NCBI GenBank assembly: GCA_965218975.1
Contig: OZ244717.1
Location: 1,536,001-1,600,000 of the forward strand
Direction: 5' to 3'
DNA: 64,000 nt
DNA from: Candidatus Oxydemutatoraceae bacterium
GTDB taxonomy: Bacteria > Pseudomonadota > Gammaproteobacteria > Poriferisulfidales > Oxydemutatoraceae
The notes under the pieces were generated by a model. That model searched no databases, was not told where the DNA came from, and saw only the letters and a list, made by a program, of their open reading frames with translations. The translations under genes were made by a program, and so were the position numbers. Positions 40,308 to 51,533 of the stretch are shown here, piece after piece (positions within the stretch are counted from its first letter, which is position 1; each line of letters opens with the position of its first letter).

Positions 40308-40764
40308 TTAACTGACGCATTAAGTTGGCCATTTCCAATGCTGCGTTTGCCGCTTCTTCACCGCGGTTGATTTTACCGCCGCAACGTGCTTCCGCATCAA
40401 CATCATCATGAACTCCGAGAACCGCTTGTGTAATCGGAATGCGGGTGCGCAACGACACTTGCATCAATTGATGGCTGCAATTGCGCACGACACTATCGAA
40501 ATGTGCTGTTTCGCCGCGTATCACACAGCCTAATGCGACGATTGCATTGCATGGATGGGTTTCTAAGACTTGTTGCGCCACCAGCGGTATTTCCAAAGCC
40601 CCGGGCACTCGGATCACTCGAATGTCGCTTTCTTCCACCCCGGCGTCGGACAATACCTGCAATGCTCCATCCAATAAACGATTAACATGACGATCGTTAA
40701 AACGCGATGCGATAATGCAAAGAGACAGCCCTTTACCGTAATGATTGCCTTCAAAGATTTGCAT
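40300..40764 (-). CDS. ribH: 6,7-dimethyl-8-ribityllumazine synthase
   Basis: SRFN, VPGALEIP, GCVIRGETAHF. Confidence 0.95.
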   Translation of the reverse strand: MQIFEGNHYGKGLSLCIIASRFNDRHVNRLLDGALQVLSDAGVEESDIRVIRVPGALEIPLVAQQVLETHPCNAIVALGCVIRGETAHFDSVVRNCSHQLMQVSLRTRIPITQAVLGVHDDVDAEARCGGKINRGEEAANAALEMANLMRQLSE

Positions 40765-40780
40765 AGCGAATTACAATCTA

Positions 40781-41869
40781 CTATGCCGGCTTACGAATAT
40801 ATTCTTCTATTGAAAGACCAAAACCACCCAAGCCATGAAATGATTTTTGTGAACTCATCACCCGCATTTTACCAACCCCTAAATCACGGAGAATTTGTCC
40901 TCCGACACCGACTTGCCAACAATCATAGGATAAAGATTTTTCCGCGCCGCCACCCAATGATTCCACTTGCCGACTTAAATGTTCCGGCAAGTGTAATAAT
41001 ACCAACACCCCTTCATTGACAGAGTCAATATATTTTAATGCGTCAGACAATCTCCAACTGCAATTTTCATTGTGTAAGCCTAATACGTCAGATAAACTAT
41101 TTTCGATATGCACCCTTACCAATGTCGGATGTTGCGAATTTGGCTCGCCGCGCACCAGTGCGATATGTTGCGTTTTATTAACCGTATCGTTATAAACATA
41201 TAAAACAAAATCCCCATAGTCCGTTTTTACCGGCATTTTACGGCTACGATGGATAGTTTTTTCGTCGCGAATGCGATAGCGAATTAAATCCTCGACCGTG
41301 CCAATTTTTAAATGGTGGGTCTGAGAGAATTTACCGATATCTCTGCGCCGTGCCACCGTACCGTCATCATTTAAAATTTCCACAATCACCGCCGCCGGCT
41401 CAAATCGCGCCAACCTTGCCAAATCACAGCCCGTTTCGGTATGTCCGGCGCGAGTCAAAACCCCCCCGGACTGTGCCATTAACGGAAAAATATGCCCGGG
41501 ACGGATGATATCGCTAGGTTTGGCCGACAGCGCAATAGTTTGAAGAATAGTATGTGATCGATCCTGCGCTGAAATACCGGTCGTGATTCCCGAACTTGCA
41601 TCGATTGATACGGTAAAATTCGTTGCGAATCGCGTATCGGTAGTACTCACCATCAATGGTAAATTCAGCTGTTTGCAACGTTCACGCGATAGCGCCAAGC
41701 AAATTAGACCGCGACCATACTTGCTCATAAAATTAATCGCTTGCGGAGTTACACATTCGGCAGCAAGCAACAAGTCACATTCGTTTTCGCGATCTTCATC
41801 ATCGGCGATGATAACCATTTTACCTGCCCGGACATCCGCGATAATTTCAGAGATGGGAGAAATATCCAT
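40781..41869 (-). CDS. ribB: DHBP synthase fused to a degenerate GTP cyclohydrolase II-like domain
   Basis: DDEDRENE, RPGHIFPL, RAGHTE; the C-terminal domain lacks the GCH II Zn-binding cysteine set. Confidence 0.92.
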   Translation of the reverse strand: MDISPISEIIADVRAGKMVIIADDEDRENECDLLLAAECVTPQAINFMSKYGRGLICLALSRERCKQLNLPLMVSTTDTRFATNFTVSIDASSGITTGISAQDRSHTILQTIALSAKPSDIIRPGHIFPLMAQSGGVLTRAGHTETGCDLARLARFEPAAVIVEILNDDGTVARRRDIGKFSQTHHLKIGTVEDLIRYRIRDEKTIHRSRKMPVKTDYGDFVLYVYNDTVNKTQHIALVRGEPNSQHPTLVRVHIENSLSDVLGLHNENCSWRLSDALKYIDSVNEGVLVLLHLPEHLSRQVESLGGGAEKSLSYDCWQVGVGGQILRDLGVGKMRVMSSQKSFHGLGGFGLSIEEYIRKPA

Positions 41870-41877
41870 AATGTTTG

Positions 41878-42468
41878 CTAATCAACCAATTGTCGTGCAA
41901 GATAACGAGCGATCAAATCCGCTTCGAGATTCACAGCCCTGCCTTTTTTATACGATGAAAGTATAGTATTTTCAAGTGTATAAGGAATTATATTCACCTG
42001 AAATATTGTTTTATGAATCGCATTAACAGTCAAGCTGACACCATCGACGCTAATAGAACCTTTCACCGCAATAAGCGGTATAATCGTTTCCGGCGCTTCA
42101 ATTTCAACTCGCATGCTTCCCCCTTCTTGGACACATGAAAAAACCGTACCAACGCCATCAATATGACCACTAACAAAATGTCCGTTGATCATGTCGCCGA
42201 CCCGCAAAGCATGTTCCAAATTTACCGAATCTCCTTCATTGAGCATCCCAAGTGTCGTGCAACGCAAAGTCTCAGCCGAGACGTCCAAAACAAATGTTTT
42301 ATTACGACACTCTTTGACAGTCAAGCATGCGCCGTTAACAGCAACACTGTCGCCGCGCATTAACTCAACGACAAATTGCTTTGAAGCATTAAAATGTATA
42401 CAACAATCTCGCATTTGTCGTTTGTATTGCGAAATGTTTCCGACGGTCTGAATAATTCCGTTGAACAT
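41878..42468 (-). CDS. ribE: Riboflavin synthase alpha chain
   Basis: MFNGII, GDSVAVNGACLT, GHFVSGHIDG, KGSISVDGVSLT. Confidence 0.95.
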   Translation of the reverse strand: MFNGIIQTVGNISQYKRQMRDCCIHFNASKQFVVELMRGDSVAVNGACLTVKECRNKTFVLDVSAETLRCTTLGMLNEGDSVNLEHALRVGDMINGHFVSGHIDGVGTVFSCVQEGGSMRVEIEAPETIIPLIAVKGSISVDGVSLTVNAIHKTIFQVNIIPYTLENTILSSYKKGRAVNLEADLIARYLARQLVD

Positions 42469-42537
42469 TCGGTATCACATCATTAGCACACAGGCGGTTA
42501 TATATACTGCAAAATTTATGGAAAAACATCAATAATG

Positions 42538-43641
42538 TCATGGATTTTCCTTATGCAGTAAAATCCTCAAATCATCATCGATACGGGTTACATTCTGCCA
42601 TATAAAACGGTGCTTTTGCGCCATCGTTGTAATGCTTTCCATCCGCGCGAGCGGACGACCGCTGCCAAATACCGTTGGAGCCACATATAACAACAACTCG
42701 TCACAAAGCTCTTCTTGTAATAAAGCGCCCACTAAGCCGGAACCTGCTTCGACTTGCGCTTCGCAAAACCCTTCGTTGCCGAGTCGACGAAATAATTCCA
42801 CGAGTGGAACACGTTTCGCTGACGGATTAAATTGCCAAACGGCAATATTCTTATCCGTAAATGAAGCGACTGTCGATGGAGCATTATTGCAAGTGGCAAC
42901 GACTGCTTTTTCTTTTCCTTGATAAATTTTTGCGTGCGGGTCTGTACGTAGTTGACTATCTACTACCAAACGCAGAGGTTGGCGTACTTGACCGGAAATA
43001 CCGAGCTCGGCAGAGTTCAAACGTACATTTAGCCTAGGATCGTCAGTCAACACCGTGCCAAATCCCGTTAGCAATACATCGCTTTGTGCACGCCAACGCT
43101 GAACATCTGCCCGTGAAGCTTCTCCTGAAATCCAATTACTTTCTCCGGATTCCAATGAAATCCGCCCGTCAAGAGTAATGGCAGATTTAATCCGAATCCA
43201 TGGTCGTCGCTTCTCTGCTAAGGAAAAAAATCCGGGATTTAGAGCGCGCGCTTTTTCGGATAATACGCGACTTGTAATCCGAATACCTTGCTGTTGTAGT
43301 CGCATCATACTTTGCCCGTTGATTTTTTCAGTCGAATCTTGCGTTGCAATGATAACGCGAGCAACCTTTGCCGCAATCAAAGCATCGCAGCAAGGCGGTG
43401 TTTTACCCCAATGCATGCAGGGTTCAAGAGTGACATAAACATCGGCTCCTTGCGCATGTTCCTTTGCTTGTCTGAGTGCCATGGCTTCCGCATGATCATC
43501 ACCGGCACGTTCATGCCAACCCTCGCCGACGATTCGCCCGTCTTTTACAATCACGCAACCAACGCGCGGATTGGGCAATGTCGTATATACTCCTTTTGTA
43601 GCAAGCTTTAATGCGTGCTCCATGTAAGCAATATCATCCAT
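42538..43641 (-). CDS. ribD: Bifunctional deaminase/reductase RibD
   Basis: PNPRVGCV, HAE, TLEPC.H.GKTPPC, DDPRLNVR. Confidence 0.95.
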   Translation of the reverse strand: MDDIAYMEHALKLATKGVYTTLPNPRVGCVIVKDGRIVGEGWHERAGDDHAEAMALRQAKEHAQGADVYVTLEPCMHWGKTPPCCDALIAAKVARVIIATQDSTEKINGQSMMRLQQQGIRITSRVLSEKARALNPGFFSLAEKRRPWIRIKSAITLDGRISLESGESNWISGEASRADVQRWRAQSDVLLTGFGTVLTDDPRLNVRLNSAELGISGQVRQPLRLVVDSQLRTDPHAKIYQGKEKAVVATCNNAPSTVASFTDKNIAVWQFNPSAKRVPLVELFRRLGNEGFCEAQVEAGSGLVGALLQEELCDELLLYVAPTVFGSGRPLARMESITTMAQKHRFIWQNVTRIDDDLRILLHKENP

Positions 43642-43648
43642 GCGGCAC

Positions 43649-44200
43649 TTAATCTTTATACCTGAACGAAACGTTTGAAACGCCAAAAAAATCTAACTGT
43701 CCGGAGGATGATATTTGATCCTTTTGTTTATTCTTTGTGACAGTAATTCGTTCAACCTCATCTTGAAATGCTCCTACATCCTTAAAGTTTCGATACACTG
43801 ACGCAAATCTGATATAAGCGACTAAATCAAGTTTTCGCAGCTCACGCATGACAACTTGTCCAATTTCTTGCGCGGAGATCTCAACCGGATTCCTTTTGAA
43901 AATTTGTTCGTGGATTCTTTTCTCCAGACCTTCGACTTTATCATTATCAAACGGTCTTTTTGTCAGTGCTAAACACAGACTTTTATGTAATTTTTGTTCA
44001 TCAAAAGCTTCGCTACGTCCATCGCATTTGATGACCAAGGGTAAATCCTTTTCGGGTGTAATCACTTTTTCAAGTGTCTGAAAACGCTCCCCGCATTTCG
44101 CATTGACACATATACGCCGCCGCTTTTTTTTCCGCTGGCTATAGCGAGTATCTATAACGCGTGATTTTGCTCCGCATTTAGGACACTGCACAATGAACAA
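43649..44200 (-). CDS. nrdR: Transcriptional repressor NrdR (start possibly GTG 44191)
   Basis: CPKC...VIDTR...RRR.C...C..RF.T.E, ATP cone, VAYIRFASVY. Confidence 0.93.
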   Translation of the reverse strand: MFIVQCPKCGAKSRVIDTRYSQRKKKRRRICVNAKCGERFQTLEKVITPEKDLPLVIKCDGRSEAFDEQKLHKSLCLALTKRPFDNDKVEGLEKRIHEQIFKRNPVEISAQEIGQVVMRELRKLDLVAYIRFASVYRNFKDVGAFQDEVERITVTKNKQKDQISSSGQLDFFGVSNVSFRYKD

Positions 44201-44235
44201 AAGCCTGCCTACGGAATGGATTTATAAAACCGGCA

Positions 44236-45486
44236 TTACTCATAAACGGGAAACTTCCTACATAGCGCTTTGACTTTGTCACGTACCGTATCAATCACAG
44301 ACTCGTTGCCGATATCATCCAACACATCACAAACCATGTTTGTCAGTGCCATTGTCTCTTCCGTGCCAAAACCGCGCGTAGTAATTGCCGGTGTCCCGAA
44401 ACGCAAGCCGCTTGTAACAAAAGGTGATTGAGGGTCGTTCGGAACACTATTTTTGTTGACAGTGATATGCGCCCGTCCTAGTGCCGCGTCGGCATCTTTT
44501 CCGGTAATATTTTTGTCAATCAGACTCACTAACATCAAATGATTTTTAGTGCCGCCTGAAACAACGTTAAATCCGCGCTGAATCAAGATATCAGCCATAA
44601 GAGACGCATTTTCTTTCACCTGACGAATGTAAGTTTTAAATGCAGGTTCTAACGCTTCCTTAAAAGCAACAGCTTTTGCCGCAATGACATGCATTAATGG
44701 CCCTCCCTGCATCCCGGGAAATACCATTGAATTAATTTTTTTGGTGATGTCGCTATGCTTATGCGCAATAATAAAACCGCTGCGCGGACCGCGTAAGCTT
44801 TTGTGCGTAGTGGAGGTTACCACATCGGCAACCGGCACCGGATTCGGATATTCGCCGACGGCAACCAGTCCCGATACATGGGCCATATCCACCACCAAGT
44901 ATGCTTCCACTTTTTCAGCAATTTCTTTCATTCGCTCCCAATCGACAATTTGCGAATAAGCGGAAAACCCGCCAATCAGTATTTTCGGTTTGTGTTCCAA
45001 CACTAATGCTTCCATCTCGTCATAATCAATAAAACCGTTATCGTCAACACCGTACTGTACCGCTTTATAAATTTTGCCGGAAAAGTTCACTTTTGCGCCA
45101 TGAGTCAAATGTCCGCCATGAGCAAGGCTCATACCCATAATCGTTTCACCGGGCTCACACAAAGCAAGGAAGGCTGCGGCATTGGCCTGTGTCCCGGAAT
45201 GCGGCTGGACATTAGCATAATTGGCGCCATAAAGCTGCTTCAAGCGATCAATCGCCAGTTGTTCGGCAATATCAACATTTTCACAACCACCGTAATAACG
45301 TTTTGCCGGATAACCTTCCGCATATTTATTAGTCAAAACAGAACCTTGCGCTTCCAACACCCGTGGGCTTGCATAGTTCTCGGAAGCAATCAGCTCAATA
45401 TGTCCCTCTTGGCGGCGCCTTTCATTCTTCATCGCTTGCGCGAGTTCAGAATCAAATGATGCGATACTCATATTCCTGGAAAACAT
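44236..45486 (-). CDS. glyA: Serine hydroxymethyltransferase
   Basis: [31 protein letters not shown]. Confidence 0.98.
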   Translation of the reverse strand: MFSRNMSIASFDSELAQAMKNERRRQEGHIELIASENYASPRVLEAQGSVLTNKYAEGYPAKRYYGGCENVDIAEQLAIDRLKQLYGANYANVQPHSGTQANAAAFLALCEPGETIMGMSLAHGGHLTHGAKVNFSGKIYKAVQYGVDDNGFIDYDEMEALVLEHKPKILIGGFSAYSQIVDWERMKEIAEKVEAYLVVDMAHVSGLVAVGEYPNPVPVADVVTSTTHKSLRGPRSGFIIAHKHSDITKKINSMVFPGMQGGPLMHVIAAKAVAFKEALEPAFKTYIRQVKENASLMADILIQRGFNVVSGGTKNHLMLVSLIDKNITGKDADAALGRAHITVNKNSVPNDPQSPFVTSGLRFGTPAITTRGFGTEETMALTNMVCDVLDDIGNESVIDTVRDKVKALCRKFPVYE

Positions 45487-45731
45487 GACTATATTCTCCC
45501 AATAAGATAGAAATTAAGTGTTAACTTTAAACTCATCCATTATAAGTTAAACTTATCAAAAGGAATAGGATAGTGCGCTTTCTTTATCATAGATATGTCA
45601 GAACAATTTTATTGCCGCGAATGGTCCGCCTGCAAAAGTTCGCTGAAAATTTTCAGTCAAGTATAAAGATGAAAAAAATTTTATTCCCGAGTGAAAAAGC
45701 ATGAATACGGAAAATATCATAGATGACTTGA

Positions 45732-46421
45732 TCACGCCCAAGGATTGGGTTGCAATTTGAAACGGAGAAAACGCACAATTCGATAGCCGAATAGCAGTGA
45801 TAAAATCATTAAATAGACCCAAGCTTTTTCATAGTCTGCACGAACCAACCACCAATAATGCAACAAACCGGCACTGATGGCGGCATATACCAGACGGTGC
45901 AAATTTTTCCATGCTTGCCCCATCCGAGCAACTGCCCAGCGAGTTGATGTTGCCGCTAGCGGCACCAACAAAACAAACGCACTAAATCCGGCAAGAATAA
46001 ACGGGCGTTCTTTAATATCTGCAACAATTTCATACCAACCAAAAAATTGATCGAGCCACAAGTAAGTGATGAAGTGACATACCGCATAAAAAAATGCCTG
46101 CAAACCCACTGCGCGACGGTACGATAGCAATACCGGTAACTTTAGCAGCTGCGCCAAAGGACGTACTGTTAAAGTAATCAACAATAACCGCAAAGTCCAA
46201 TCGCCGCTTTTTCGGGTTAAATATTCAATCGGGTTGGCGCCGGCGGTATCTGATAAAACTTTCCACAAGATAATGCTTAACGGTACCAAGCAAGCAAAGT
46301 GAATTAAAAGTCTAAAGCTAATGGAAAAAATTCGATTGGAAAATAGGGTATTCAAACATTGCCGAGCATTTATGTCCGCAGGCTTGAACACACAGCCCAT
46401 AATCAATATATTTGGTCTCAA
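45732..46421 (-). CDS. msrQ: Methionine sulfoxide reductase heme subunit MsrQ
   Basis: GANPIE, RRAVGL.AFFY..H, WKNLHRLVY, LHYWW. Confidence 0.92.
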   Translation of the reverse strand: MRPNILIMGCVFKPADINARQCLNTLFSNRIFSISFRLLIHFACLVPLSIILWKVLSDTAGANPIEYLTRKSGDWTLRLLLITLTVRPLAQLLKLPVLLSYRRAVGLQAFFYAVCHFITYLWLDQFFGWYEIVADIKERPFILAGFSAFVLLVPLAATSTRWAVARMGQAWKNLHRLVYAAISAGLLHYWWLVRADYEKAWVYLMILSLLFGYRIVRFLRFKLQPNPWA

Positions 46422-46423
46422 AT

Positions 46424-47362
46424 CTAAAAGTTTTTACGTAAATCCATTCCCCCGTAAAGCTCTGCTACTTCGTCATAGCCGTTAAATAAGAACGTCTTTC
46501 GCTTTCTAAACTCGCCGATACGACGCTCACGTTTTTGCGACCACCGCGGATGATGGACATCCGGGTTGACGTTGGAATAAAAACCATATTCGCTGGGGGC
46601 CGAACGTCCCCATGTGGTCGGAGGCATCTGTTCGACAAATTCTATCCGCTTGATTGACTTAATGCTTTTGAAGCCGTACTTCCACGGCACTACTAAACGC
46701 AACGGTGCGCCATTCTGATTCGGAAGTGCTTTTCCGTATAGACCAACAGCTAAAATAGTCAGAGGATGCATTGCTTCATCTATCCTCAACCCTTCGCGAT
46801 ACGGCCAATCTAATACTCGCCGTTTTTGTCCGGGCAAATTTTCCCTATCAAGAATCGATGTGAAAGCGACATATTTCGCTCGTGAGGTGGGGCTCGCCTG
46901 TTGAATTATTTTATTCAGCTCAAAGCCAACCCATGGAATCACCATTGACCAAGCTTCAACGCAGCGTAAACGGTAAATACGATCTTCCAAATGATGTGGT
47001 TGAACAAATTTTTCAATATCGTAAATGCTTGAATTTTCGCAATGGCCGGTAACCTCAATTGCCCAGGGTTCGGTAATCAAATACTTTGCCAATTTGGTGG
47101 GAGCGTACTTATCACTGCTTAATTCATAAAAATTATTATAAGTGGTAACTTTTTCATAAGGGGTTAATTCTTCATTGGTATTGAAACGACTATCAGGTAA
47201 ATCGCTCAAGTCAATTTTTAGTTTGGCAGTAGCAGGCGCCAACAAACCGACTGCTGTTGCTCCTGCGCCTGCCTTTAAAAATTTACGGCGGTTGATATAT
47301 ATATCCTCAGACGTAACTTCGTGCTCTTTTGCTTGCGAACGAATAAATTTACGAATCAACAT
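46424..47362 (-). CDS. msrP: Methionine sulfoxide reductase molybdoenzyme MsrP
   Basis: Tat RRKFLK, YNNFYE, RLRCVEAWSMVIPW, QNGAPLRLVVPWKYGFKSIK. Confidence 0.95.
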   Translation of the reverse strand: MLIRKFIRSQAKEHEVTSEDIYINRRKFLKAGAGATAVGLLAPATAKLKIDLSDLPDSRFNTNEELTPYEKVTTYNNFYELSSDKYAPTKLAKYLITEPWAIEVTGHCENSSIYDIEKFVQPHHLEDRIYRLRCVEAWSMVIPWVGFELNKIIQQASPTSRAKYVAFTSILDRENLPGQKRRVLDWPYREGLRIDEAMHPLTILAVGLYGKALPNQNGAPLRLVVPWKYGFKSIKSIKRIEFVEQMPPTTWGRSAPSEYGFYSNVNPDVHHPRWSQKRERRIGEFRKRKTFLFNGYDEVAELYGGMDLRKNF

Positions 47363-47424
47363 CTCCAATCTCCTTTGAGGTTTCTACCAAGATGCCAACA
47401 TAATAGCAGCTATTGCAAAATAAC

Positions 47425-48006
47425 TCATGAATGTGGAACCTGCCGACGGCTTGCTGCGGCAATTTCTGCAAAATTAACATCTTCGTAGCGAAATACTTGT
47501 TCTTGCATCAAGCTGCCACTATAACTATTTACCCAGTCTCTGTGTAATGCCAAGTCCTTATAAGTCGGTGGTATCACAGTAAAAACAACTGAATACAAAT
47601 CGGAAGTTCCCCCGGGCAAAGAAATATTCCTCGCATAGTGAAAATTATCTATTAAATTAATATGCGGCAACATATCAATGAAAGTGCTTAATCCTGTTTT
47701 TTGATTGGTTATTTTTGCGGTAATACGCAAATAGGGCACAAATCCACCTGCCGGGGCTCCCTTTGGAATGTTACGATCATGAGCCCAATTGACTTGCGCT
47801 TCAATATGAACATGTGTTTCATTCTCTGTCAAGTGTAATGAATCCGGCAATATTTGATCTTTAATCGCTCCCTCAAAGATAAATATAATACCCGGTTGAA
47901 CCCGTTTTTCACCAATAATCAACTCTATCGCGGATACCTCCGATGAACCCGCTAAAATAATTAACAAAAAAGACATTACGCTAAAAATCTTTTTAAATGG
48001 AACCAC
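47425..48006 (-). CDS. Periplasmic P19/Tp34-like iron transporter protein
   Basis: Signal peptide, HVHIEAQV, GGFVPYLRITA, HYARNI resemble the HxEAD...PYL...HYGxN pattern of this family. Confidence 0.65.
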   Translation of the reverse strand: MVPFKKIFSVMSFLLIILAGSSEVSAIELIIGEKRVQPGIIFIFEGAIKDQILPDSLHLTENETHVHIEAQVNWAHDRNIPKGAPAGGFVPYLRITAKITNQKTGLSTFIDMLPHINLIDNFHYARNISLPGGTSDLYSVVFTVIPPTYKDLALHRDWVNSYSGSLMQEQVFRYEDVNFAEIAAASRRQVPHS

Positions 48007-48231
48007 CTTAAAATCCTCGATAAATTGTTAATCAACAAACCGTCGCTGATGCAAGTTGAAAGAATCTTTTTTAATAAAAACTACCATTTAAGGCGTTATT
48101 ATATCAAATAATTTGAATGACTAGAGGAACCAAGAAGTGAAACATGCTCTAAAAGCTTCCTAAAGCGGAAGCTTTCCGGTTTAATTCGTGCCAATTAAAG
48201 TTTTAAGTAGACTCGATTAATCGCCTGGTTT

Positions 48232-48709
48232 CTAATCTCCCCTTCTTGCAAAGCTTCCGGACCTTCGTGGATAATCGCTTCGGCGTTGGAAAATACCGCA
48301 TAGGCGATTCGATGCAATGAATCTGTCGCAGTTGTTATCGAGCCGGTTTTCTTCACGACATATTTCCGAAACCGGACCAAATATAACGATAATACCGACT
48401 GAACCGTGTTCAATCGGTTGTATATCCATTCATCGGTTCGTTGCCGCAACGACTAAAAAACAGACGAACCAATAATGAGTAAAGCTTGCACTGGTCCGGC
48501 AATTGCTTCCGCTTTACCATGCCCATAGCGAAAAAGATTGATCATTGAGGCAAGACCGCGAGAAAAGAATCAACTAGGCTGGAAAGAATTGTGATTGACC
48601 CGGTAATCATAAAGGCAACCGTTTTGACGGCAATCAGAAATGTTGTAACAGGCACCGAAGCATAGGCTGCCGCATGCATTAGTTTTTTGTGATCGTTTAA
48701 TGCCTTCAT
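48232..48709 (-). pseudogene. Cation diffusion facilitator (FieF/YiiP-like) pseudogene
   Basis: From ATG 48709: MKALNDHKKLMHAAAYASV...TGSITILSSLVDS, a frameshift, then RYGHGKAEAIAG and later TGSITTATDSLH; far shorter than an intact CDF. Confidence 0.75.
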
Positions 48710-48872
48710 AAATTGCTTGCATTAGTAAAATGCGCTATAGTCAAGCAGTTTAATACTGCACAAACTGTATCAAGAAGCGTACGGTAAAAGTTTCAAATGC
48801 GAGCTTTCATATATATTTTATCCTAATACTACTTTGAGCAGATAACTTGCCAAGCATCGCACAAGTGTCGCT

Positions 48873-51467
48873 ATGAGAAATAAAATCTTATTTGGTGTCG
48901 GATTATTCGCACTGCTAATCACACTTATAATGGTCGGGCTGCCATTTCTCGTTCCACAAACCACCGCTAAATCATTTTTGAACAATCAGACTCAATCCGC
49001 TATCGGAAGAGAGCTACGTATTAACAGCAATTTTCATTGGCAATTGATTCCGCAAGTTCGGATACGTGCGGAAGATGTACAGCTGGCCAATGCCGATTGG
49101 GCAAAGGAACCTATTATGCTTAGACTCGGGTCGGTCGAATTACACTTGGCATTGTGGTCGTTACTGCAATCTAAAGCGGAAATTGCAAAGTTAACCGTAT
49201 CGGATGCCCAAATCGTATTGGAAACCTCGCAATCGGGACAAAATAACTGGGAGTTTGCAGACAGTCAAACTGAAAGCAATTCCACGGATAGAAGCCGACA
49301 GTCAAGTAGCTTCCAGGGCCTTCTTGCTCAAAATATTGCAATCCGTCGCACGCAAATAATCATTAATGACCAACAGCGAGGAGTGCATAGAAAAATTACC
49401 GATTTTGAATTTGAAATTCCGCGGCTTGACTTTGAATCTCCACTGCAAATCAGCAGCGGATTTATAATTGACGGAAATCATGCGCACCTTGAAGCGAGAG
49501 TTTCTCATCCTAAAGCATTAGTGAATGCCGAAGCCAGCGAAATTGATTTTAATTTGGATATCCCGAATAAAGCTCAAGCAAAGATCGGCGGCAATATAAC
49601 GCTCGGAAAGAGTTGGGCAAAGACTCAAAGCGACCTCACCGCTAATTTGGAAATCCCTTATATTAGCCATGACGTCCGTAAATTTTTGGCAAAATTCATT
49701 CCTGACGGTATGTATAGCACGTTTTCCGCGCATGTTGCACAACTAGAGTCAATTCATTTGCGCGGCCATCTAAAAAAATTAGCATCACAACAAGATTCGA
49801 TCATGCTAGATGCGCAAATCGGCTACCGTGGCCGTACTATCAAAGTAGCTTCCAGTTTCGAAGCTGAAGAAACAAATTTATTTCAGGCAAAAATCAATCT
49901 GCGCAATGAAGAAGCGGAATTGTCTTACACCGGTAAAGCCGGGTTTGAACCGCAATTGCAAGCGGATGGTCAATATCGGATACGTATGACATCCGTACAA
50001 AAATTAGCGGACTACTTCAACTATGCCGACGTGCCGAGGATACCTATGAACGATATAGATATTTCCGGTGATATTCAAATAGTCGACAATATTTTCGCAT
50101 TTTCCTCAAACGGCAGCTTGCGCACAAATAATGAACCAGTCAGATTAAATATTGAGTTGTCTTCGGAAAACGGAATTAACAGCCGCATTAATACGAATAG
50201 CAAGGTGCGTATACCCGGAGCGGAAGCCGAATTCGACGGTACGCTTGAACTCGAACCGTCGCTTATGTTGGACGGGCAAGCGAACGTACAAATAAATTCT
50301 CCGGAGAATATCTTTGCTTGGTTAGATATAACATTACCCGCTTTTACCGAAAAAATTTCCGCACAATCCGAAATCCATTATGCGGATGATGGTGTTCGAC
50401 TGACACAGCTTAAAGTTATACAAGGTGAGCAAACTCTTACCGGAGAATTGAACTTGCTCGGGATAGGCACACAAAATCAACTGAAAGGCAAGTTACTCAC
50501 CACTAATTTCAATTTAGAAAAAATATTAGGGCCTAAAACGGATTCTTCTTCTGCTCAAGCTTCGAAACAAAAACAAGGCTGGGATAATACCCCTATTGAT
50601 CTCTCACCCTTGCGGAAATACGGAGCAGAATTGTCGTTGAGCATGGTGCAAGCTGATTTATACGGGTTAAAGCTTGACCAAGTCACTTTACAGCTACAGG
50701 CAAACAACGGTGATATTTCAATGAAAACCGATCAACTGAAACTGTATGGCGGCAACGGTTCAATTAATGCGAAGCTTGATGCGCGAACCGAACCTTATGT
50801 GATCATAGCCGAAGTAAACCTCTCCGATATTGAAATGCCAGGTCTGTTATCCGGTCTAAGCGGATTATCCAGACTCGAGGGTACACTCAAAATGAACGGC
50901 AAAATGACAATGCGCGGAACCAGTCAGGCTGAATTTGCAAGTTCGCTTGAAAGCAACGGTCGATTTACCGCAAAACACGGTAGCATCCGCGGTATTAACA
51001 TCCCAAACAAATTGCACGGTATCTTAAAAGCCTTGATGGTAGAGAAAGACCCGGCTGAACAAACCGAATACACCGGAATAAAAGCGAGCTGGAAAGCAAG
51101 CAAAGGTATTTTAAAAAATGATGACTTCATCCTTACTAGCTCGATAATGAAAATACCAGGTAGCGGTATAGTTGACATACCTTCGCGCACAATCGATTAT
51201 CAAATACGAGCCCAGCTGGCTTCTCTCTCACCTGACCGCTCAACTATGCCGACAGACGGTAAATTCGCCATTCCGATTCGCATATCGGGGCCTTGGAACG
51301 ATCCGTCAATCCGGCCTGATCTAAGTGCGATGCATCCCGATTTACTCAATCTTCTTGACAAAAAATATATTCAAGGCACAACGCGTACATTGCACAAAAT
51401 TTCGAAGAAAATCAAGGAACAATTGGATTCGGCGCTAGATAGTTTATTGCCGGACTTAGGCAGATAA
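48873..51467 (+). CDS. AsmA family protein
   Basis: N-terminal anchor, IGRELRI, GQNNW, LYGG.G, GSG.VDI...IDY, PIRISGPW.DP. Confidence 0.85.
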   Translation: MRNKILFGVGLFALLITLIMVGLPFLVPQTTAKSFLNNQTQSAIGRELRINSNFHWQLIPQVRIRAEDVQLANADWAKEPIMLRLGSVELHLALWSLLQSKAEIAKLTVSDAQIVLETSQSGQNNWEFADSQTESNSTDRSRQSSSFQGLLAQNIAIRRTQIIINDQQRGVHRKITDFEFEIPRLDFESPLQISSGFIIDGNHAHLEARVSHPKALVNAEASEIDFNLDIPNKAQAKIGGNITLGKSWAKTQSDLTANLEIPYISHDVRKFLAKFIPDGMYSTFSAHVAQLESIHLRGHLKKLASQQDSIMLDAQIGYRGRTIKVASSFEAEETNLFQAKINLRNEEAELSYTGKAGFEPQLQADGQYRIRMTSVQKLADYFNYADVPRIPMNDIDISGDIQIVDNIFAFSSNGSLRTNNEPVRLNIELSSENGINSRINTNSKVRIPGAEAEFDGTLELEPSLMLDGQANVQINSPENIFAWLDITLPAFTEKISAQSEIHYADDGVRLTQLKVIQGEQTLTGELNLLGIGTQNQLKGKLLTTNFNLEKILGPKTDSSSAQASKQKQGWDNTPIDLSPLRKYGAELSLSMVQADLYGLKLDQVTLQLQANNGDISMKTDQLKLYGGNGSINAKLDARTEPYVIIAEVNLSDIEMPGLLSGLSGLSRLEGTLKMNGKMTMRGTSQAEFASSLESNGRFTAKHGSIRGINIPNKLHGILKALMVEKDPAEQTEYTGIKASWKASKGILKNDDFILTSSIMKIPGSGIVDIPSRTIDYQIRAQLASLSPDRSTMPTDGKFAIPIRISGPWNDPSIRPDLSAMHPDLLNLLDKKYIQGTTRTLHKISKKIKEQLDSALDSLLPDLGR

Positions 51468-51533
51468 TTAAAATTGACCAAGAAGAAAATAAAGCGACCA
51501 ACCCTAGATAGCTCTTAAGGATTTACAGGAAAA

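Noticed and set aside
40781-41869. Degenerate GTP cyclohydrolase II domain as a novelty
   Set aside because: RibB fused to an inactive GCH II-like domain is common in Proteobacteria.
43641-45730. FMN or glycine riboswitch near the rib/glyA genes
   Set aside because: No matching consensus was seen; the intergenic gaps are short or AT-rich. An imperfect palindrome at ~45516-45553 is too weak to call.
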